The notes under the pieces: generated by a model
Databases searched by the model: none
Told to the model about the DNA's origin: nothing
What the model saw: only the letters and a program-made list of their open reading frames with translations
Shown here: positions 28,123 through 36,200 of the stretch, piece after piece
Layout of the letters: each line of letters starts with the position of its first letter
Position numbering within the stretch: the first letter of the stretch is position 1
Assembly (NCBI GenBank): GCA_035605575.1
Contig: DASTCJ010000114.1
Span: 1,285-65,284, forward strand
Reading direction: 5' to 3'
From: Candidatus Methylomirabilota bacterium
GTDB lineage: Bacteria; Methylomirabilota; Methylomirabilia; Rokubacteriales; CSP1-6
DNA: 64,000 nucleotides
Program-made: the position numbers and the translations under genes

Positions 28123-28911
28123 GTGCGAGAGAACAAAGTGAAAGCGATGTGGTCGCGCGGTGAGACGGTCGTGAATGGGTGGCTGGCCATCCCCGCGGGA
28201 TTCTCCGCGGAAGTGGTGGCCCATCAGGGTTTCGACTCGCTGACGATCGACATGCAGCACGGGATCGTCGACTACCAGACGGCCGTCTCGATGCTGCAGG
28301 GCATCTCGACCACGCCGGTCACGCCGCTCGCCCGCGTGCCGTGGAACGATCCCGGCACGATCATGAAGATCCTCGACGCCGGCGCCTATGGCGTCATCTG
28401 TCCGATGATCAACAGCCGTGCGCAGGCGGAGGCGCTCGTCGCCGCGTGCAAGTATCCGCCGCGCGGCTACCGCTCCTACGGCCCGGCGCGGGCGTCGGTG
28501 TACGCCGGCGCCGATTACGCCGAGCGCGCCAACGAGGAGATCATCGTGATGCCGATGATCGAGACGGCCGAGGCGCTCAAGAATCTCGACGCCATTCTGA
28601 GCACGCCCGGCGTCGATGCCATCTACGTCGGTCCGGCGGACCTGAGCCTCGCGCTCGGCTGCAAGCCGCGCCTCGATCAGACCGACGAGCCGGTCGTCGA
28701 AGCGCAGCAGCAGATCGTCGAGGCGTGCAAGCGCCACAACGTCGTGGCCGGCATTCACAACTCCACCGCCGCCTACTCGCTCAAGATGATCGAGATCGGC
28801 TATCGCTTCGTGACGCTCGCCAGCGACACGCGGCACCTTGCCGCCAAGGCAGCGGAAGAGGTCGGGCTCGTGCGCAAGGGCACCGGCGGCGCCAAGCTGC
28901 CCGCCTATTAG
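28123..28911 (+). CDS. HpcH/HpaI family aldolase
   Basis: Track ORF 28078..28911. GTG at 28123 follows GGGAGAG. Blocks: DSLTIDMQHG, PLARVPWNDP, VMPMIETAEAL, YVGPADLS. Confidence 0.9.
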   Translation: MRENKVKAMWSRGETVVNGWLAIPAGFSAEVVAHQGFDSLTIDMQHGIVDYQTAVSMLQGISTTPVTPLARVPWNDPGTIMKILDAGAYGVICPMINSRAQAEALVAACKYPPRGYRSYGPARASVYAGADYAERANEEIIVMPMIETAEALKNLDAILSTPGVDAIYVGPADLSLALGCKPRLDQTDEPVVEAQQQIVEACKRHNVVAGIHNSTAAYSLKMIEIGYRFVTLASDTRHLAAKAAEEVGLVRKGTGGAKLPAY

Positions 28912-28912
28912 C

Positions 28913-29530
28913 GTGCGCCTGGACGAGGCGCTTCGAGCCCGCGCGCGCCAGCATCTCGAGCGCTTTGCCCGTCGTGCGTGTGCCGCCGATGGGCGCCGAG
29001 CGGCAGCCGTGGCGCTCGTGCTCCTCGCCGACGAGACCGGCGAAGCCGGGCTGCTCATCACGCGGCGCGCGGCCAGCCTGCGGCGGCACGCGCGGCAGTG
29101 GGCGCTGCCGGGCGGTCGCGTGGATCCGGGCGAATCCCCGGAGCACGCCGCGCTGCGCGAGCTCGCGGAGGAAGTCGATCTGCGACTGCCGCCGGACGCG
29201 GTGCTCGGACTGTTGGACGACTATCCGACGCGCTCGGGATTCGTGATCACGCCGGTCGTGGTGTGGGGAGGCGCCGGCGCCACGCTCACGCCGAATCCGG
29301 CCGAGGTCGCCTCCGTGCACCATGTGCCGTTGCGTGAGCTCGAGCATCCCGGCATCCCGACGCTCGTGTCGATTCCCGAGAGCGAACGACCAGTGATCCA
29401 GCTCCCGATTCTGTCGACGCTGGTGCACGCGCCGACGGCCGCCGTCGTCTATCAGCTCCGTGAGGTCGTCGTGCACGGCCGCCCGACGCGCGTCGACCAC
29501 TTCGAGCAGCCCGTGTGGGCGTGGGCCTGA
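28913..29530 (+). CDS. NUDIX hydrolase (CoA pyrophosphatase-like)
   Basis: In-frame GTG 2 nt after the upstream stop. NUDIX box: GGRVDPGESPEHAALRELAEEVDL. Confidence 0.85.
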   Translation: MRLDEALRARARQHLERFARRACAADGRRAAAVALVLLADETGEAGLLITRRAASLRRHARQWALPGGRVDPGESPEHAALRELAEEVDLRLPPDAVLGLLDDYPTRSGFVITPVVVWGGAGATLTPNPAEVASVHHVPLRELEHPGIPTLVSIPESERPVIQLPILSTLVHAPTAAVVYQLREVVVHGRPTRVDHFEQPVWAWA

Positions 29531-29609
29531 TAGAACGGAGCCGGCGCCCGCCTCTCTCAGGCCACCGGCGGAGAATGCGGACACAGCGCTCCGATACAGG
29601 AGGAACGCG

Positions 29610-30650
29610 ATGCTGACGATCATCGACGCCGGACGTGCGGTCGACGTGGACGCGCGCGTGGAAGGTGAGCGCCTGCTGCTGTCTCCGGACGCCGTCCGCG
29701 ACGCGCTCGGCTGGGAGCTTCACGAAGGGACGCTCTGCAACGACGCGATGTGCGTGCCGCTGCCGGCCGGGTCCTCGCTCGCGTCGGGCGGGGCGCTCGA
29801 CCTGAGCGAGCTCGCGCGCGTGCTCGATCGGCCGCTCGCCCTCGACGTCGGTGAGGGTGCCGCCTATCTCGGCGCCTCCGCGCGCGAGCGCGCCGACGCG
29901 CTGTCGAGCCTGATCGCACCGGACTTCACGCTGCCCGATCTCGCGGGCCGTCGGCACTCCCTCGCCGAGCAGCGGGGCCAAAAGGTCTTGCTCGTCGTCT
30001 GGGCCTCCTGGTGAGGGTGCCGCGTCGACCTGCCCGTGTGGCAGGCGCTCTACACGGAGCTGAAGGACCAGCGGTTCACCGTCATCACCGTCGCGCTCGA
30101 CAAGAGCATCGATGATGCCCGTCCGTGGATCGAGAAGGCGGCTCCACGTCATCCCGCGCTGATCGACACCAACCACGTGGTGGCCGACCTCTACAACGTC
30201 GTGAACGTGCCGACCGTGCTCTGGATCGACGAGCGCGGCCGCATCGTGCGTCCGAACGACGTCGTCTTCGGGACCGACACGTTCAAGCACATCACCGGCC
30301 TCGAGTCCGCCAAGCCGCTCGCCGCCATCCGCGCCTGGGTCGGTGGCGCGACGGCCGGCTACCCGCCTGCCGAGGCCCGCGCGCTCCAGGCGCTCCCGAC
30401 GCCGGCCGATCAGCAGGCGCGTGCGGAGTTCGGACTCGCCGAATGGCTCGCGCGCGGCGGCCGCCTGGCTGCCGCCGAGCGCCACTTCGTGCGGGCCGGG
30501 GAGCTTGCGCCGCACGACTTCACCATCCGCCGCGGCTCCATGCCGATCCGCGGTCTGGACCCGATGGGCCCGAAGTTCCATGAGATGCGCGACGCCTGGG
30601 TCGGCGCCGGCCATCCTTATTACAAGCCCCTGCCCGACAGTCGTGGCTAA
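29610..30650 (+). CDS. TlpA/ResA-like thioredoxin-fold protein with in-frame UGA (30012-30014) read as probable selenocysteine (W-A-S-W-U-G-C)
   Basis: Track ORFs 29460..30014 and 30036..30650 share one frame, and a single TGA sits at the catalytic Cys position. AGGAGG lies 5 nt before ATG 29610. The sequence downstream continues the thioredoxin fold (CRVDLP..., NVPTVLWIDERGRIV). A SECIS-like hairpin follows. Confidence 0.7.
30026..30047 (+). promoter_or_regulatory. SECIS-like stem-loop 11 nt downstream of the UGA
   Basis: Structure: CG-A(bulge)-CCUGCC, loop CGUGU, GGCAGG-CG. That is 8 bp with a bulged A and G-U in the apical loop. Confidence 0.5.
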
Positions 30651-31125
30651 GACCGTGCTGCTCGTCTGCCACGGCAACACGTGTCGCAGCGTGATGGCGC
30701 AGGCGCTGCTCGAAAAGATGCTGGCGGAGCGCGGCCTCTCGGACGCCGTGCGGGTGCGCTCGGGCGGTGTTGGCCGCAATGCGCGCGACGGCATGATCCC
30801 GTCGCTCGATGCCCGGATCGTCCTGCGGGAGGACGGCATCGATCTCCGCGAGGACGCGATCACGTCCACCGACCTGCGCCGGCATCGCGAGCTCGTCAGC
30901 GGCGCCGACGTCATCCTGACGATGACGGCCGAGCAGAAGCAGCTGCTCGGCACACTGGCCGACACAGCGCCGCGGCCGGTCTTCACGCTCGCCGAGTTCG
31001 CGGGCGGCGGCGGCGACATCCGCGATCCGATGGGGCAGGACGAGGATCGCTACCGCACGACGCGCGACGAGATCCGCGACTACCTCGAGCGCTCGATCGA
31101 CCGCCTGCTCGCGCTGCTGCGCTGA
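30643..31125 (+). CDS. low-molecular-weight protein-tyrosine phosphatase / ArsC-fold protein
   Basis: In-frame GTG within track ORF 30343..31125. It has a CX5R(S/T) P-loop (VLLVCHGNTCRSVMA) and a later IRDPMG. It overlaps the previous gene by 8 nt. Confidence 0.85.
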   Translation: MAKTVLLVCHGNTCRSVMAQALLEKMLAERGLSDAVRVRSGGVGRNARDGMIPSLDARIVLREDGIDLREDAITSTDLRRHRELVSGADVILTMTAEQKQLLGTLADTAPRPVFTLAEFAGGGGDIRDPMGQDEDRYRTTRDEIRDYLERSIDRLLALLR

Positions 31126-31132
31126 GGCCGCT

Positions 31133-32092
31133 TCAGCGGCGGGCCTGCCGACCGTCGAGGCTCAGCTCGGCGAGCACGCCGTAGTGATCGGACGGCCACA
31201 GGGGCGTTCCGTCGGCTAGCTGCCCGGGCGTCGACAGGACCACGCGGCTTCCGCGTACGTGGGCGCTGGCCTCGCGACCGCGCCCCACGAAGATGAAATC
31301 GACGCGCCGCGTGGCCGTGCGGTCCGGCGTGTCGGGGCGCTGCCAGACGGTCGGGCCGGAGGCCGACGGGTTGGCGGCACGGAAGGCGTCGACGAGGCCC
31401 GCGTCACGGACGAGCGCCTGCATCCACTCCGTCGAGTCGGCTGCGTTGAAGTCGCCCACCAGGAGAGGCGGGAGCGGACCGGGGTGCGCGCGCACGATCT
31501 CGCCGAGCCGCTTGACCTGACAGGGGTCGTGCGACGTGTGGGTGGAGAAGACCTGCAGCCTGCCGCGTGGCGTCTCGACGGCGGCCCGGAGCACCACCCG
31601 GGGGTCGTAGAACTTCACGCATCGGGGCAGATCGACGACCTCCGTCTCGACGATCGGCCAGCGGCTCAGGATGGCCGGGCCCTCCTCGAAGTTCATTGCC
31701 CACACCAGCAGCCGATCGACCCATCCAACACCGGAGAGGCGGCGAGTGGCCGACGCGTGCGCCCAGTGGAGGCCGAGCTCCTTGGCCAGACGCTCGGCGA
31801 CGTTCCGGTGCCCACTGATGGACGACTCCTGCAGACCGAGGATGTCGGGATCGAGGCTGCGCAGCTCGCGGACGACGAGGCCGAGACGCGCGTCGAGACG
31901 ATGGTCGTCACCCCAGAGACCGGAGGACGGCCCGCCGTGCAGCAAGTTGAAGGTGACGACGCGCAGAGCGCTCGGAACCTCGGCCGATGCTACCGCCGGT
32001 GTCAGGCCGACGAGCACGGCGATGGCCCAGGTCCAGAGCGCCCGGCGCAAGCCGGGCCGCTCGTCTACGCCGGGTACCGGAAGGGCGCCCAT
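31133..32092 (-). CDS. endonuclease/exonuclease/phosphatase (EEP) family protein, secreted
   Basis: 319-aa ORF with a signal peptide. Motifs: LRVVTFNLLHG, ILGLQES, VGDFNA, SDHYGV. Confidence 0.85.
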   Translation of the reverse strand: MGALPVPGVDERPGLRRALWTWAIAVLVGLTPAVASAEVPSALRVVTFNLLHGGPSSGLWGDDHRLDARLGLVVRELRSLDPDILGLQESSISGHRNVAERLAKELGLHWAHASATRRLSGVGWVDRLLVWAMNFEEGPAILSRWPIVETEVVDLPRCVKFYDPRVVLRAAVETPRGRLQVFSTHTSHDPCQVKRLGEIVRAHPGPLPPLLVGDFNAADSTEWMQALVRDAGLVDAFRAANPSASGPTVWQRPDTPDRTATRRVDFIFVGRGREASAHVRGSRVVLSTPGQLADGTPLWPSDHYGVLAELSLDGRQARR

Positions 32093-32250
32093 CCGATGCC
32101 CTGGATGGGTGTGGGCGTGTACGTGGCCCGCGCCGCTCGCTCTTCCGTGCGCACCGGTTTCGATGCCGCCGACGCCTTCGTCGCCTTCGTCGTTTTCTTC
32201 GGCGCGCTCTTGCGCGCAGCCGGCTTCTTTGCCGCAGGTCGTTTCTTCAT
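32065..32250 (-). CDS. small basic Lys/Ala-rich protein (61 aa)
   Basis: In-frame ATG at 32250 in track ORF 32065..33141. Product: MKKRPAAKKPAARKSAPKKTTKATKASAASKPVRTEERAARATYTPTPIQGIGWAPFRYPA. The N-terminus is histone-H1-like. Family unknown. Confidence 0.45.
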   Translation of the reverse strand: MKKRPAAKKPAARKSAPKKTTKATKASAASKPVRTEERAARATYTPTPIQGIGWAPFRYPA

Positions 32251-32282
32251 GCCGCGCACTCTACAGCCGGCTCGCGCGTCGG

Positions 32283-32780
32283 TCAACGCGCGAGACGGCG
32301 CAGCGGGGCGCCAGTGAGCCGCGTGAGGATCCATTCCTTGCGCAGGCCGGCGCCGAGTCGCCGGTAGAAGCGGATGGATGGCGCATTCCAGTCGAGCACC
32401 GCCCATTCCATCCGGCCACAGCCGCGGCGCAGCGCGATCCGCGCCAGCGCGCGCAGCAAGGCGCGACCGGCGCCGCGTCCGCGCTCCTCCGGGATCACGA
32501 ACAGATCCTCCAGATAGAGCGTCGGGCGGCCGAGGAAGGTCGAGTACGTGAAGAAGTAGAGGGCGAAGCCGATCGGTCGGCGTCCGCGTCGGCAGATCAG
32601 GGTCTCGAAGTACCGCCGGCCGCGGCCGAAGCCGTGGCGGCGCACGGCCGCGGGCTCGATCACGCACTGGCGCTCGAGCCGCTCGTAGCGGGCGAGCCCG
32701 CGGATGAGGTCGCAGATGATGCCGATGTCGCCGGCGCGGCCGCGACGCACGGTGAGGCCCCCGCGGCGGCGAGCGGCCAC
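32283..32780 (-). CDS. GNAT family N-acetyltransferase
   Basis: In-frame GTG at 32780, 2 nt after the upstream stop. Motifs: LYLEDLFVIPEERGRGAGRALLRALA and NAPSIRFYRRLGA. Confidence 0.85.
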   Translation of the reverse strand: MAARRRGGLTVRRGRAGDIGIICDLIRGLARYERLERQCVIEPAAVRRHGFGRGRRYFETLICRRGRRPIGFALYFFTYSTFLGRPTLYLEDLFVIPEERGRGAGRALLRALARIALRRGCGRMEWAVLDWNAPSIRFYRRLGAGLRKEWILTRLTGAPLRRLAR

Positions 32781-32782
32781 GG

Positions 32783-34111
32783 TCAGGCGCCGGCCACGCC
32801 GAGGAGCAGCTCGGTGTAGGCGCGCGCGCCCTGCTCGATGTTCTCGAGTGAGATCCGCTCGTCGTTGCCGTGCAGGCGCCGCCACTCCTCCTCGTCGAGA
32901 ATGAAGGGGCTCCAGCCGTAACCCTGCAGGCCCATGCGGCGAAACACCCAGTTGTCGGTGAAGGCGACGAGAATCTGCGGCGCCACGACCACGCCCGGGG
33001 CCCGTCGTCCGAGCGCTGCCGCCAGGGCCTTGTAGAGCTCCGTGTCGGGCGGCGAAAGGTTCGGAATCTTCGGCTCGCGGCCAAATGCCACCTCCACATG
33101 CTCGTCGTCGACGGCGCGGGTGACCCACTGTCGGATCTCATCCGGATCGTCGCCGGCCAGCATGCGGCAGTCGAGCTCGGCCACCGCCTCGGGCGGAATG
33201 ACGTTCAGCTTCTCGCTCGCGCGCAGGATGTTCACCGCGAACGTCGTCCGCACCATGGCCGCCCACTCGCGCCGCGCGAGGAAGCGCGCGCGGAAACCGG
33301 GATCGCGCAGCGACGTCGCGAGCGTCTCGAGGCCGCGCGCCTCGTCGACCGGCAGCACGCGCGCGAGCGCGCGGAAATACTCCTGGACCTCCGGCAGCAC
33401 GCGGAGCGGGCGCTCGGCGCGAAGCAGGCGCTCGAGGCCGCGGATCAAGCGGTGCGGCGCCGTGTCCGGCCATGGCATCGAGCCGTGGCCGGGGGCGCCG
33501 CGCGCGACCAGCCGTAGCGGCAGCCCGGTCTTCTCCGAGATCACGATCTGCGCGAACGGCGCGCGGTGGCTCGGATGGACGACGATGCCGCCGAGCTCGG
33601 AGATCGCATACTCCGCGCCGGCCAGCCACTCGGGATGGTGCGCGGCCACGAAGGCGGCGCCGTACGCGCTGCCCGCTTCCTCGTCCGCGGTGGCCAGGAA
33701 AATCAGATCACGTTTGAGGCGTGTCCCCGCGCGGCGGAGGGCGAGCACGGCCGCCATCTGGAGGATGCCCGTCGACTTCATGTCGATGGCGCCGCGACCA
33801 TAGAGGAACCCGTCACGGATCTCGCCCCCGAATGGATCGACCGTCCAGTACCGGCGATCGGCGTAGACGACGTCGACGTGATGATGGAGCACGATGCCGC
33901 CGAGCCCGCCGTCTCCGGACAGTCGCGCGACCAGGTTGGCGCGGCCGGGCGCGGATTCGACGGTCTCGCTTGCGATGCCGTCGCGCGCGAGCACCTCGGT
34001 GAGGAACCGCGTCCCGGCGATTTCGTTGCCCGGCGGATTCGTGGTGTCGATCCGCAGATAGGCTTGCAGGAGCTCGACGGCCTCGCGGCCGAGCGCGGTC
34101 CAGTCGATCAC
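32783..34111 (-). CDS. M20/M25/M40 family metallo-hydrolase (peptidase)
   Basis: In-frame GTG at 34111 (GTGA overlap). Blocks: LRIDTTNPPGNE, HHHVDVV, GRGAIDMKS, ADEEAGS. The 180-aa N-terminal extension in the track is Arg/Gly junk. Confidence 0.9.
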   Translation of the reverse strand: MIDWTALGREAVELLQAYLRIDTTNPPGNEIAGTRFLTEVLARDGIASETVESAPGRANLVARLSGDGGLGGIVLHHHVDVVYADRRYWTVDPFGGEIRDGFLYGRGAIDMKSTGILQMAAVLALRRAGTRLKRDLIFLATADEEAGSAYGAAFVAAHHPEWLAGAEYAISELGGIVVHPSHRAPFAQIVISEKTGLPLRLVARGAPGHGSMPWPDTAPHRLIRGLERLLRAERPLRVLPEVQEYFRALARVLPVDEARGLETLATSLRDPGFRARFLARREWAAMVRTTFAVNILRASEKLNVIPPEAVAELDCRMLAGDDPDEIRQWVTRAVDDEHVEVAFGREPKIPNLSPPDTELYKALAAALGRRAPGVVVAPQILVAFTDNWVFRRMGLQGYGWSPFILDEEEWRRLHGNDERISLENIEQGARAYTELLLGVAGA

Positions 34112-34839
34112 GCGTGCGGGCCGGCGCGGCGCCGCGATGGCTCGCCAACGTGGACGTGCGCACCCGTAGCTTCGCCGCTCACCGGACCACGAAACGCGAG
34201 AAACGACACGCCCTCGCGCTCGAGCCAGGCGATCAGCGCGCGGCCCTCGGGACTGTCCGGATGGACGGCCACATCGAGCGCGTTGCGGTGATCGAAGCCG
34301 AGACGATCGTGCACTCGGGTCTGGCCCAGCGCGCTGATCGGTAGGGGACGGCCGAAGCGCTCGGCGAAGAACCGCTTCACGACGTCCACGCGTGCAAGCG
34401 ACCAGACGCTCCGGCCGCGATGCTGAACCACCGTCGCGGTGCTCGCCGTCACGCCGGGCGCAAGCGGCGGCAGCGCGGCCGCCGCGATCGCCTCGGCCAG
34501 GAGCTGTTCGGCGTCCCGGATATCGCCGCGCGTGGCCGCGGCCGTCGCCTGCGCTGCCTGCAGATCGCGCTCGGTTGCCTCGACGTCGGCGCGCGAAATC
34601 CCGCCCATCGCGAGCAGCCGGCGTCGGGTTTCCAGCGTGGCCACTGCCCACTGCACCGCATCTTCCCGGTACACGAGCAGACGCTCGAGGGTCGCGAGGT
34701 AGGTGCGCGTGGCCGCCACGGCGTCGGTACGCGCTCGATCGAGCGCGCTCTGCGTGTCGTTTTCCGGCGTGCCTCGCGCGGCGAGGGGGGCGGCGAGTGT
34801 GAGCGCGACCAGGATGCCGGCGAGGTGACGGCGGCTCAT
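34108..34839 (-). CDS. secreted hypothetical protein (coiled-coil N-terminal half plus conserved-looking C-terminal domain)
   Basis: The ATG at 34839 gives the signal peptide MSRRHLAGILVALTLAAPLAARG. The C-terminal HDRLGFDHRNALDVAVH...GAHVHVG weakly recalls His/Asp zinc sites of LAS-type peptidases. Confidence 0.55.
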   Translation of the reverse strand: MSRRHLAGILVALTLAAPLAARGTPENDTQSALDRARTDAVAATRTYLATLERLLVYREDAVQWAVATLETRRRLLAMGGISRADVEATERDLQAAQATAAATRGDIRDAEQLLAEAIAAAALPPLAPGVTASTATVVQHRGRSVWSLARVDVVKRFFAERFGRPLPISALGQTRVHDRLGFDHRNALDVAVHPDSPEGRALIAWLEREGVSFLAFRGPVSGEATGAHVHVGEPSRRRAGPHA

Positions 34840-35110
34840 ATCGCCATGGTACTCACACGCCGCCAGCACGGCGCGTGCGGGCGGCTCTCACGTATATCAA
34901 TGTCGGCACGTTGACGTCGTTTGCGCGACGGAGCCATGCTCGAGGCTCGGACGGGCCGGTGCACGCGCCGCGCCTCGCTAACTCGCCGAAATCACAGGCG
35001 CGTGTCAACTCGGCCAAAAAGCTTGGTCCCGATGCCGCCGTCACCGTACGCTCGAATTCGTCCATTGATGTCGCGCGCATGCGCGGACCAGGCCGCCCAG
35101 AGGAGTGGCC

Positions 35111-36190
35111 ATGGCACGGCTCGACGCCTTCTTCAAGCTGATGTTCGATTCCGGTGCGTCCGACCTGCACATCACTTCGGGTCAGCCGCCGATCCTGCGC
35201 GTGCACGGAGAGCTGGAGCGCGTGAAGTACGACCCCATGGACGACGAGACGCTCCGCGCGATGCTCTACGAGATCGCCCCGGAGCAGAAGATCAAGCAGT
35301 TCGAGGAAACGGGCGATGTCGACTTCGGCTACGAGATCCCCGGCGTCGCGCGCTTCCGCGCCAACTACTTCATGCAGAAGTACGGTTGCGGCGCCGTCTT
35401 CCGCCAGATCCCGACCAAGATCCTGACGGCCGACGAGCTGGGGTTGCCGCCGATCCTGAAGAAGAGCGCGATGCTGCACAAGGGCCTCGTGCTCGTCACC
35501 GGTCCGACGGGCTCCGGCAAGTCGACGACGCTGGCCGCGGTCCTCGATCACGCCAACAAGCACCGCAAGGACCACATCATCACCATCGAGGACCCGATCG
35601 AGTTCGTGCACCAGAGTCAGGGCTGCCTCATCAATCAGCGCGAGGTCCACATGCACACCAAGTCCTTCGCGGCTGCGCTTCGCGGCGCGCTGCGTGAGGA
35701 CCCGGACATCATCCTCGTCGGTGAAATGCGCGACCTCGAGACGATCCGCCTCGCGCTCGAGGCGTCGAACACCGGTCACCTCGTCTTCGGCACCCTGCAC
35801 ACGACGAGCGCGGCCAAGACCATCGACCGTGTGATCGAGGTGTTTCCGGCCGAGGAGCAGGCGCAGGTGCGCAACAGCCTGTCGACCGGTCTCAAGGTCG
35901 TGGTCGCGCAAAACCTGTTCAAGCGCGTCGACAAGCGCGGACGGTGCGCGGCCCTCGAGCTGCTCGTGTGCACGGCCGCCGTGGGCAACCTGATCCGCGA
36001 GGGCAAGACCGTCCAGATCCCCTCCGCCATCCAGACCGGCAAGCAGTACGGCATGCAGACGCTCGACGACGCGATCATGGCCGTGCTCCAGAAGGGCTGG
36101 ATCAGCGCCGACGAGGCGTACGACAAGTGCATCGACAAGAACAAGTTCCGGCCGTTGCTGAAGACGGCGCCGGACGAGCTGAACTCCTAA
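35111..36190 (+). CDS. pilT: type IV pilus twitching-motility ATPase PilT
   Basis: AGGAG lies 5 nt before ATG 35111 (the track starts at GTG 35105). Motifs: Walker A GPTGSGKSTT, Walker B DPDIILVGEMRD, His box TGHLVFGTLHT, and the PilT motif AVGNLIREGK. Confidence 0.95.
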   Translation: MARLDAFFKLMFDSGASDLHITSGQPPILRVHGELERVKYDPMDDETLRAMLYEIAPEQKIKQFEETGDVDFGYEIPGVARFRANYFMQKYGCGAVFRQIPTKILTADELGLPPILKKSAMLHKGLVLVTGPTGSGKSTTLAAVLDHANKHRKDHIITIEDPIEFVHQSQGCLINQREVHMHTKSFAAALRGALREDPDIILVGEMRDLETIRLALEASNTGHLVFGTLHTTSAAKTIDRVIEVFPAEEQAQVRNSLSTGLKVVVAQNLFKRVDKRGRCAALELLVCTAAVGNLIREGKTVQIPSAIQTGKQYGMQTLDDAIMAVLQKGWISADEAYDKCIDKNKFRPLLKTAPDELNS

Positions 36191-36200
36191 GGAGCGGGCG

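Noticed and set aside
29286-31019. 577-aa minus-strand ORF covering the NUDIX, UGA-containing and LMW-PTP genes
   Set aside because: I considered it as an alternative explanation for the interrupted plus-strand ORFs. Its product is Arg/Ala/Ser/Pro-rich junk with no motifs, whereas the plus strand carries three recognisable domain families.
32783-34651. Long N-terminal extensions of track ORFs (for example 622-aa M20, 675-aa ADH at 16079, 547-aa adaptor at 10940, 412-aa at 48115)
   Set aside because: The extensions overlap upstream genes in other frames and are Arg/Gly/Pro-rich. Internal starts coincide with upstream stops or SD sequences, and with the beginning of homology.
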